Assembly: GCA_030145325.1 (NCBI GenBank)
Contig: JAQYVW010000002.1
Location: 5,619 to 69,618 of the forward strand
Direction of reading: 5' to 3'
DNA from: Desulfurivibrionaceae bacterium
Lineage (GTDB): Bacteria > Desulfobacterota > Desulfobulbia > Desulfobulbales > UBA5123
DNA: 64,000 nt
Under the pieces are notes generated by a model. That model saw only the letters and a list, made by a program, of their open reading frames with translations. It was not told the DNA's origin and ran no database searches. Shown piece by piece: positions 46,715-53,711 of this stretch; within the stretch, counting starts at the first letter, position 1, and each line of letters opens with the position of its first letter. The translations under genes and the position numbers were made by a program.

Positions 46715-49147
46715 TCAATTGGGGTAGGGCCAAGGCAGCATTTCTCCTGGGCAGCGTCCTTGCGGGCAGCCCGGTTCAACCGCGATGCTGCTGCCGTTGG
46801 ATCCACCTCGCCAGAGGGCGGCTCGTTGTCGGGAAACAGTGTTGATGGTGATTTGGCGCTGATTCACCTGGTGGTCGTCGTCGATGGCGGTGACCATTAT
46901 TTTCGGCCCGGAAGATGATGCGGCGGCGGTATAGAACGATGATGGAACCACAAAGGAGATGATGGAACCTTCTTCGTTCATTTTTTTGATCCGAATCGGC
47001 GTGCCGCCGGTTTGTTCCCAGTTGAAGTGCAGGGTGGCGCGATTTTCATCGCGGCTGGCACTGGCATCAATGGTTACCACCTCGCCCACTTGATAAGTCT
47101 TGGCCAGCGGGCTTACCTGAACTTGCGGTGGCGGCGTGCCCTTTGCCATCATCAGTCTAACCTTCCGTTTTGGGGAGTAGGTTTTGCCCATTTTAAAGCG
47201 GTAAGTGATGCTTTCGCGACCACTGAAATATGGATCAGGTTGGTAACGATATCGAGTTGGATTTACTTTGGATAATTGCCCATGCAAATCCTTGCCAAGG
47301 ATCTGGACGCTGACATTTTTACCGAAGGGGGCGCTATTGGCCTCTGCCCAGATTTTTCGCCAGTCGAGATCCAAGCTTTCGGTGCTGCGCATGGAGATGG
47401 TGATGTTTTTTGCGGTGGTGCCGGTTGCTTTCGGTTTTTCCGTCATGGCCATGGTTGGGGGGGGGGCGGCGAGATTAGGGCCGGAAATAACGATGTCCGC
47501 CGGTTCGCTTGCCCCTTGGCCGTCGCTGACCAGAAAGGTGAAGCGGTCTTCGCCGGGAAAGTTGTTGTTGGGCAGATAGGTTATTTGGGGAGGTTCTCCC
47601 GAAATTCTGCCGTGGGCAGGGGCATTGGTTATTTCAAAGGTGAGGGGGTCATCTTCCTTGTCGGCCGCGGTGAGTAAGATGGCCAGCTCGCCGCCCTTGG
47701 TAGGCATTTTGTAATCTGCAGCAACGGCCTGGGGCAAGGTATTGACTTCCTCCGGGGGGGCGGCCGTTTCCGGCACCAGTTCCGACATGGTAATGGCAGG
47801 TTTCTTGTTGGGGTGGAGGTAAAAATAGCCCCCGACGAGAAGTGCTAAACTGAGCATAGCAGCAGCGCCCATAACCTTTTTGTTCTTTAGCATCGCTAGT
47901 ATTGGCAGAGTTTTAGATGCTTTGTGCTCAGACATGGAGGTGATGGTTTCTTCTCCCACGGGGCCGTCGGCCAAAAAGTCCGGCAATGCCTGAGTAGCTT
48001 CATCATCATTGAAGAGGGCATTCGCGTCAACTGTCTCACCAGCGGTTATCGGTTCTTCGGTTCCTAAGGTGAAGTCTTCAGCGCTGAGGCCAAAATCTTC
48101 TTCGCCCAGGGTGAAGGATTCATCGTCTCCCTTGTCTTCGTCAAGTAGTTCTGTAAAATCAACCTCTTCAGATTTGAAGGACTTGTCTTTGGGGGCACTT
48201 TCTTCTTCGTTAAAATCGTTGAAGAGTTGGTCGATGTCGTCATCCTGACTGCCTGTATTACTTACTGTGCCGCCATCCATATCTCCGAAAAGATCATCGA
48301 TCTCGGATTGATCAATGGACTCGTCTCCGTTCGCGGCCAGGGATTCCAAGGCGTTGTCGGGAGCAAGATTGGCATCACTGGCATCGTTTTCACCAAATAA
48401 GGCGTCGATGTCATTTTGACTGACCGGGCCACTGTCGTCTGCACTTGCCGCGTCAACGGCCTGATCATCACCACCAAGCAGGGCATCGATTTCGGATTGA
48501 TCAATGGCGTCGTCGCCAGCGTTAAGTTCCGGCTCCGGCGTGGTCGCGGGCGTATCAACGTCCCCACTGAGCAGGGCGTCGATTTCGGATTGATCAATGG
48601 CGTCGCCGCCAGCGTTAACTTCCGGCTCCGGCGTGGCTGCGGGCGTATCACCGCCCCCGCTGAGCAGGGCATCGATATCTGATTGATCAATGGCGTCGCC
48701 GCCAGCGTTAACTTCCGGCTCCGGCGTGGCCGCGGGCGTATCACCGCCCCCACTGAGCAGGGCATCGATATCTGATTGATCGATGGCGTCGCCGCCAGCG
48801 TTAACTTCCGGCTCCGGCGTGGCTGCGGGGGTATCATCGCCCCCACTGAGCAGGGCATCGATATCTGATTGATCAATGGCGTCGCCGCCAGCGTTAACTT
48901 CCGGCTCCGGCGTTGCTGCTGGCGCATCACCGCCCAGGAGGGCATCAATGGCAGATTGGTCAATGGGCCCGTCTTGTTCGGCTGCTTCCGTTGGCGGAGC
49001 TGCTGCGGCCAGATCCTCATCGTTGTTGCCCAATAAGGCTTCATCGATGTCGGACTGATCTATTTGCGCACCGGTTTTGTCAGCTTCTTCAAAATCATCA
49101 AGCCAATCGTCTATTTCGGCAGAGGTGTTTTTTTCTTCATCGGCCAT
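46715..49147 (-). CDS. Single-pass membrane protein: an acidic cytoplasmic N-terminus with about nine FliM-N-terminus-like [IL]DQS[DE]IDALL motifs, one TM helix, and an extracytoplasmic Ig/cadherin-like region (810 aa)
   Basis: ATG at 49147. Motif copies are QIDQSDIDEALLG, PIDQSAIDALLGG, AIDQSDIDALLSGG (3 copies), AIDQSEIDALLSG, AIDQSEIDALLGG, VSQNDIDALFG and SIDQSEIDDLFG. The TM helix VMGAAAMLSLALLVGGYFYL is at about residues 425-444 (nt 47816-47875). The C-terminal region contains DPLTFEITNAPAHGRISGEPPQITYLPNNNFPGEDRFTFLVSDGQG. Confidence 0.85.
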   Translation of the reverse strand: MADEEKNTSAEIDDWLDDFEEADKTGAQIDQSDIDEALLGNNDEDLAAAAPPTEAAEQDGPIDQSAIDALLGGDAPAATPEPEVNAGGDAIDQSDIDALLSGGDDTPAATPEPEVNAGGDAIDQSDIDALLSGGGDTPAATPEPEVNAGGDAIDQSDIDALLSGGGDTPAATPEPEVNAGGDAIDQSEIDALLSGDVDTPATTPEPELNAGDDAIDQSEIDALLGGDDQAVDAASADDSGPVSQNDIDALFGENDASDANLAPDNALESLAANGDESIDQSEIDDLFGDMDGGTVSNTGSQDDDIDQLFNDFNEEESAPKDKSFKSEEVDFTELLDEDKGDDESFTLGEEDFGLSAEDFTLGTEEPITAGETVDANALFNDDEATQALPDFLADGPVGEETITSMSEHKASKTLPILAMLKNKKVMGAAAMLSLALLVGGYFYLHPNKKPAITMSELVPETAAPPEEVNTLPQAVAADYKMPTKGGELAILLTAADKEDDPLTFEITNAPAHGRISGEPPQITYLPNNNFPGEDRFTFLVSDGQGASEPADIVISGPNLAAPPPTMAMTEKPKATGTTAKNITISMRSTESLDLDWRKIWAEANSAPFGKNVSVQILGKDLHGQLSKVNPTRYRYQPDPYFSGRESITYRFKMGKTYSPKRKVRLMMAKGTPPPQVQVSPLAKTYQVGEVVTIDASASRDENRATLHFNWEQTGGTPIRIKKMNEEGSIISFVVPSSFYTAAASSSGPKIMVTAIDDDHQVNQRQITINTVSRQRAALWRGGSNGSSIAVEPGCPQGRCPGEMLPWPYPN
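48470..48967. repeat. In-frame 93-bp (31-aa) tandem repeat, about 5 copies, nearly identical at the DNA level
   Basis: The unit encodes TPAATPEPEVNAGGDAIDQSDIDALLSGGGD. Successive units start at residues about 77, 108, 139, 170 and 201. The central units differ by only a few bases by eye. Confidence 0.85.
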
Positions 49148-49211
49148 GGCGTTTCATCCGCTTATTGCTGTAGGCCCAAGTTGGCGCCAGAGGGAATGAC
49201 TAGGGAGCGAG

Positions 49212-49748
49212 TTATTTTACCTTTTCAGTAAGAACGGTGGTGTGCAAAGCTCGGTAAAGCGGCTCGGACATTTCAACGGCAATCACATGGGAACGATTTT
49301 CGCCATATTCGTTGCGACCGCTGATGTGGATGCGCAGGTATCCGTCCACCTCCTGGATTAATCCGGTAAGTTCCTGGTTTTCTGAAGAGAGGTGTTTATG
49401 GGAGAACTGGGCGCGGGTTTCGTTATTGATCATGGCCAGCATCTGGTCGGCAAGGACCACCCCTAACATGGAAATTTTTCTTTTTGAAGCAATGGTTGCA
49501 AAGGGATGGACGATTACCTCGGTTGGAGTGAAAAAATCATAGAATGTACTAGTAGTATCATTGCAGATGTTGTTCACCAAGGACGTGAGTGACGAGTAGT
49601 TTCCTTTGTCTTTGCTGACAGCTTGTGGCGAATTTGCGTTAGCATTGTTTGTTGTCTGGCGGGCCTGGGCTGTCAAAGGGGCGCAGGCAATAATTAGCAG
49701 GCAGGCCCATGTAATCAGGGATGAGTTTATCTTTGCTGAGGTGCGCAT
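49212..49748 (-). CDS. Secreted protein, divergent member of the FlgO-like family encoded just upstream
   Basis: Signal peptide MRTSAKINSSLITWACLLIIACAPLTAQA. VIVHPFATIASKRKISMLGVVLADQMLAMINN aligns with VAVVDAVPLSDLKRETEFGRLISEYMLTDLAD in the next gene and LAVCSFVDLKKLTRTSSFGRYLAEQLMSEFQQ in the one after. Confidence 0.45.
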   Translation of the reverse strand: MRTSAKINSSLITWACLLIIACAPLTAQARQTTNNANANSPQAVSKDKGNYSSLTSLVNNICNDTTSTFYDFFTPTEVIVHPFATIASKRKISMLGVVLADQMLAMINNETRAQFSHKHLSSENQELTGLIQEVDGYLRIHISGRNEYGENRSHVIAVEMSEPLYRALHTTVLTEKVK

Positions 49749-49783
49749 GAGGTGTCCTTATCTTTACGTTGTTGATAATTTTT

Positions 49784-50590
49784 TTAGTGACTCATACCGT
49801 TGACGGCAATGGTGAATGGCTGTTCCGGGGCGTGGAAGAGGCCCAGCAGTTCGCGGTTCAACGGTAAGGTGTAGCGCCATGATGTTTCCACCAGGCCGGA
49901 TTTGAGGCCCACCAGTCTGCCTTGCAGGATCAGGGTTTTCCTGGTGTTGGTGAAGGTGGAGACCAGAACATAATCCAGCATGGGAGAATCAGTTGCCAAT
50001 TCACCGATGTTGCGGGAGAGAATGAATTCACCGGTCTGGGGCAGAATGTTGATCTCCTTACCCATTCGTAATTCGGTGACCTTGAGGCCCCGGTCAGCAA
50101 GATCGGTAAGCATGTATTCGGAGATAAGCCGACCAAACTCTGTTTCGCGTTTTAGGTCAGACAGGGGCACGGCGTCAACCACAGCTACTCTGGCGGTGAG
50201 GTGTTTATCGCCGTCTTGTTTTAATTCGTAATAGACCTTACCGGCGATCTCTCGGCAGAATTCCGATAACTGTTTTTCCGTACCTAGAGATTGGGAAGCA
50301 TCAGGGGTGTATTCATAGATATAGGGAACGGTTTTTGCCACGGTGGTAGCGGTGGGGGGGGCTTCGGTAACAGCCGGAGTTTCATGCGTTGCCACGGGTG
50401 GTTCTGTAATAACCGGAGCTGTTTGCGTTGCCATGGGCGGTTCTGTAACAACCGGAGCTGTTTCTGTCACCATGGGCGGTTCTGAAACCGCAGTTTTGTT
50501 TGGTGAAGATGGCACTGTCGCACAACCCGTGCTTATTAGCAGACCAAGCCCGATGGTGCAGATCGCCAGGCGTGTGATGGATTTTTTCAT
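49784..50590 (-). CDS. FlgO-like lipoprotein with a Pro/Thr-rich repeat linker
   Basis: The ATG at 50590 gives MKKSITRLAICTIGLGLLISTGC (lipobox). The linker is EPPMVTETAPVVT / EPPMATQTAPVIT / EPPVATHETPAVT. The globular part ARVAVVDAVPLSDLKRETEFGRLISEYMLTDLADRGLKVTELR...GEFILSRNIGEL...VLVSTFT...LILQGRLV resembles FlgO/LpoB-type envelope proteins, by motif recall. Confidence 0.55.
   Translation of the reverse strand: MKKSITRLAICTIGLGLLISTGCATVPSSPNKTAVSEPPMVTETAPVVTEPPMATQTAPVITEPPVATHETPAVTEAPPTATTVAKTVPYIYEYTPDASQSLGTEKQLSEFCREIAGKVYYELKQDGDKHLTARVAVVDAVPLSDLKRETEFGRLISEYMLTDLADRGLKVTELRMGKEINILPQTGEFILSRNIGELATDSPMLDYVLVSTFTNTRKTLILQGRLVGLKSGLVETSWRYTLPLNRELLGLFHAPEQPFTIAVNGMSH
50361..50489. 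repeat. In-frame 39-bp (13-aa) tandem repeat, about 3.3 copies, inside the lipoprotein linker
   Basis: Plus-strand units are ggttctgtaataaccggagctgtttgcgttgccatgggc (50400-50438) and ggttctgtaacaaccggagctgtttctgtcaccatgggc (50439-50477), with a diverged copy at 50361-50399 and a partial copy after 50478. Confidence 0.75.
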
Positions 50591-50670
50591 TTCTGTTCCT
50601 CCCCAGGAAGCCTTCAAATGTTCGTTTTCGGTGTTATTGGTATGATAAATTATGTAATTATTTATGAATA

Positions 50671-51393
50671 TTATAATTCAAGTCGTTTCATGTAGACAAC
50701 GTCTCGCTCACCGGTTTGGGCTGAGGCTCGGTCTGCCAACAGGGTGGCCACAAGCTGATTGCGCGGAAATATCAGCGTAGAGCTGGTGAGCATGGTGGAG
50801 TTGCGGTTATCGATAATCCTGGCGTTGACCAGAACATTATTTCCGGCCAGGGTATAGGTGCCGGTGAGCACAGCCCCGGCAGTTATGGACGGATTCAAAT
50901 CCTCCGGGTTTCGGGACAGGGTGTACTCGCCGCGTTTTTCCTGAATCATCAGGCTGGTGGTTTTACGCATTTCGACCACCGTGTAGCCACGTTGTTGGAA
51001 TTCACTCATCAGTTGTTCGGCCAGGTAGCGGCCAAAGGATGAGGTGCGGGTGAGTTTCTTGAGATCAACGAAGGAGCAGACGGCAAGGCCATCGGCAAGT
51101 TCTCCCACTTGTGGATCGGCATCGGCGAGGTGGTTTTCCAGTTCCTGGGCCATCAGTCTAATGGAACCGGCCAGGCCGGTTGCCTCTTGGGATGTTTGCG
51201 CCGTGGTCGCCACCGTGGTCACGGTTGGTGGTAGCGGTGGGGCGGCGAGAACCGGCGAGGGAAGAAGCCAGGCCAGGGTGAGCAAGGTTGAGGCTACGGA
51301 GAACAGGTAATGGCGCCTGTTGGTGGTAGTAGTACCCAACGAGTTAGATGGCGAGGGTTGCATATCTGATCTCTCTTCGTTAGTGTTGAACAT
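50671..51393 (-). CDS. FlgO-like secreted protein, first gene of the operon
   Basis: The core is LAVCSFVDLKKLTRTSSFGRYLAEQLMSEFQQRGYTVVEMR...GEYTLSRNPEDL...AVLTGTYTLAGNNVLVNARIID. The signal-like segment is HYLFSVASTLLTLAWLLPSPVLA. The start is probably the ATG at 51393 or 51363 rather than the GTG at 51438. Confidence 0.55.
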   Translation of the reverse strand: MFNTNEERSDMQPSPSNSLGTTTTNRRHYLFSVASTLLTLAWLLPSPVLAAPPLPPTVTTVATTAQTSQEATGLAGSIRLMAQELENHLADADPQVGELADGLAVCSFVDLKKLTRTSSFGRYLAEQLMSEFQQRGYTVVEMRKTTSLMIQEKRGEYTLSRNPEDLNPSITAGAVLTGTYTLAGNNVLVNARIIDNRNSTMLTSSTLIFPRNQLVATLLADRASAQTGERDVVYMKRLEL

Positions 51394-51455
51394 TTTGAAC
51401 CCGAATCTGGTTAGGCATAAGGCTTCGAGTTCTGTCACTTTAGAGTTTTATAACC

Positions 51456-51483
51456 CATCGGTATGATGATCTTTTTTCTTTAA
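51456..51483 (-). promoter_or_regulatory. Weak sigma-28 (FliA)-like promoter candidate upstream of the FlgO-like operon
   Basis: The minus strand reads TAAAG-aaaaaagatcatcata-CCGATGG, compared with the enteric consensus TAAA-N15-GCCGATAA. The spacing is off by one and the -10 element is partial. Confidence 0.2.
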
Positions 51484-51665
51484 TGGAAAAATGTGTGGTC
51501 GGTGACGGCTGTTGGCTGAATTTAACCTCTAGGCGGCTTGGATTACCAGATGTGGTGTAGGGTAATCCTCCGATACCGCTAAATATTGATCACTTGTTCC
51601 TGGCGGCTTGCTAAAAAAAATTGCGAAGTCGGTTGTTGCTGGGGAAAAGAAGGAAGCAAAAGACC

Positions 51666-52178
51666 ATGTCCGATAAGGAAAATTATTTATGCGATGAGGT
51701 TTTAATCCTCAGCGATTCAGGTGAGATTCCTGAGATCGCTTATCATACTACGCTCTATTATTTATGTGAAGATCCTGAGGGGCCGAATCTGACCTTGGAT
51801 GAGCGAGATCTGGCCCGGTTACAGGATGCGGTGCTGGCGCGTTGTCGGTGGATTATTATGCGGGATCTGGACCCGGAAAACCGGGGCGAAGGAATCTATC
51901 GAGGGGTGGCGCGCAGCAAGGCGAACTGGCAACGTCTTAAGAATTTTTGCCGACGGCAGGGGCGTGATGAGCCGGTGGAGCCCTTGCGGGGGGAGGTTGC
52001 CCAGGCCTTGCTTGATTTTTTGGGGCGGGAACTGGCCGAGGTGAAGGAAGGTGCTACTTCCTCTCTGAATTGTTGCCTTGCCGACCTGGAAGCCTTTGTG
52101 GTGGAGCTTGGCCTTGTCCCTGCCCTGTTGCCGGTGGGCTGGGAAAAACTCTGCCCAAAGCCCGAAGAAATAGTTTGA
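51666..52178 (+). CDS. Hypothetical cytoplasmic protein
   Basis: The ATG at 51666 is preceded by GAAGGAAG. The sequence MSDKENYLCDEVLILSDSGEIPEIAYHTTLYYLCEDPEG... matches no family I recognise. It is divergent from the FlgO-like operon. Confidence 0.5.
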   Translation: MSDKENYLCDEVLILSDSGEIPEIAYHTTLYYLCEDPEGPNLTLDERDLARLQDAVLARCRWIIMRDLDPENRGEGIYRGVARSKANWQRLKNFCRRQGRDEPVEPLRGEVAQALLDFLGRELAEVKEGATSSLNCCLADLEAFVVELGLVPALLPVGWEKLCPKPEEIV

Positions 52179-52206
52179 GGCGGCTGTCGGTTCTCTATTC
52201 TTGCGG

Positions 52207-52259
52207 GTAACTGCTCACCGGGTAGCGACTTTATTCCTCGCTACCCGGTGAGCAGTTAC
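52207..52259. terminator. Perfect 22-bp stem-loop between convergent genes (probable bidirectional terminator)
   Basis: gtaactgctcaccgggtagcga - ctttattcc - tcgctacccggtgagcagttac. The right arm overlaps the stop codon of the minus-strand gene ending at 52256. There is no strong U-tract. Confidence 0.6.
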
Positions 52260-53554
52260 TCTTGTGGCTGACGAATCCGTTCTATTAATGAAGTAGTTGA
52301 AAAATTTTCCACCAGTGGGATATTGGCCACCATGCCACCAGCCGATGTCACTTCCTTGCCGCCCACAATCTTATTGATGGCCCAGTCGCCGCCCTTGATC
52401 AGTACATCGGGAAGGAGGGCGGTGATCAGTTTAAGGGGCGTATCCTCCTCAAAAATAACCACATGGTCAACGCAGCCTAAGGATGCCAGGAGTCTGGCCC
52501 GATCCTGTTCGCGGTTAATGGGTCGTTCCGGCCCCTTGATGGCTTTGATGGACTTGTCGCTGTTAAGGCCGATGATCAGGCAGTCGCCAAGGCTGCGGGC
52601 CGCCTCCAAGTAAGTGACATGGCCGGGATGAAGGATATCGAAGCAGCCGTTGGTGAATACCACCTTGCGGCCAACTGATTTGTGGGTTCGGACGATTTTT
52701 TCTAACTCGTCCAGGGTGGTGGTTTTGTCCTGATCGTATGGGGGGTAGGGGCGGGGGCCAACGGTGTTGAAGCGTGTTCTTGTTTCGTGAAGCATTGTTG
52801 GGTTTAGCTGGGCCGCGGCGCAAGCGGTGTCTTCGCCAGCTTCGGCAAGGATGGCGCCGTCTGGAGCGACGATCAGGGAGTGGCCGCCGAAATTGGTGTC
52901 GCCGGTGACGCCGCAGCGGTTGCAGGCAATGGCGAACATCTGGTTTTCAATGGCCCGGGCCTGCACCAGGGTTCGCCAGTTTTCTATCCTGGCCAGTGGC
53001 CATTGCGCGCTGATGATGAGTACTGAGGCCCCCTGCCCGGCCATTTTTTCGGCCAGACGCGGAAAGCGTAAGTCATAACAGATTAGCGGCGCAATCTTTC
53101 CCAAAGGAGTTGGCAGCGGTTGCGGATTATTGCCGGGCGAGAAATGGAGGTCTTCAGCCATGGGGGCAAATAGATGCTGTTTACGGTAGCTGCCGACAAC
53201 TCCGTTGGGGCCGATGATGTACAGGGTGTTGTGGTAACGCGGGGTGGAGGCGGTTTCTACTCTTTCGATGAGTGAGCCGGCAAGCAGGATATGATATTGC
53301 GCGGCCATTTGGGTAAGGGAAGCGAGTATTTGGGGGGTATGTTTGCCCAGTTCCGCCAAACGGCCATAGGCGAAACCGGTGGCCCAGAGCTCGGGTAGAG
53401 CGACGATGCTGGGCGAGGTGGGAGCAAGTTCTTGTAAGCCTGCTTCCACCTGGTTCAGATTGGCGTCGATATCGTCCAATTTAACATCGATCTGGAGAAA
53501 GCCGCCGCTACATGGGGCCAAAAGTTCTGGGGTTATGGATAGTGGTAAAACCAA
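52256..53554 (-). CDS. Fusion of a C-N hydrolase (nitrilase-superfamily amidase) domain with an RfaE-domain-II-type cytidylyl/adenylyltransferase
   Basis: N-terminal half: VALPELWATGFAY, RKQHLF, and ICYDLRFP with the catalytic Cys. C-terminal half: GRKVVFTNGCFDILHPGHVTYLEAARSLGDCLIIGLNSDKSIKAIKGPERPINREQDRARLLASLGCVDHVVIFEEDTP, the heptose-1-phosphate adenylyltransferase-type HxGH fold. Confidence 0.8.
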   Translation of the reverse strand: MVLPLSITPELLAPCSGGFLQIDVKLDDIDANLNQVEAGLQELAPTSPSIVALPELWATGFAYGRLAELGKHTPQILASLTQMAAQYHILLAGSLIERVETASTPRYHNTLYIIGPNGVVGSYRKQHLFAPMAEDLHFSPGNNPQPLPTPLGKIAPLICYDLRFPRLAEKMAGQGASVLIISAQWPLARIENWRTLVQARAIENQMFAIACNRCGVTGDTNFGGHSLIVAPDGAILAEAGEDTACAAAQLNPTMLHETRTRFNTVGPRPYPPYDQDKTTTLDELEKIVRTHKSVGRKVVFTNGCFDILHPGHVTYLEAARSLGDCLIIGLNSDKSIKAIKGPERPINREQDRARLLASLGCVDHVVIFEEDTPLKLITALLPDVLIKGGDWAINKIVGGKEVTSAGGMVANIPLVENFSTTSLIERIRQPQE

Positions 53555-53711
53555 TGGGGTACCTCGTTAATAATTGGCAGACGAATGGGCCAATTTAGCC
53601 AGATATGATGGAATAGTCAATATTGGCGGCGTTGGCTGCTTTTTGCAGGGGTAATGAGAATCTGTTACAGTTTCTCCGTTTGATTAAATCAACCAAAGCG
53701 AGGTCATATCG

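Noticed and set aside
48470-48967. Regularly spaced near-identical repeats that might be a CRISPR array
   Set aside because: The units are contiguous 93-bp repeats with no unique spacers. They are in frame within a long ORF and encode a sensible repeated peptide module, and no cas genes are nearby.
52207-52259. Perfect 22-bp inverted repeat, considered as a mobile-element end or recombination site
   Set aside because: It is a single compact hairpin exactly between two convergent genes, which is most simply a bidirectional terminator. No second copy or flanking direct repeats were seen.
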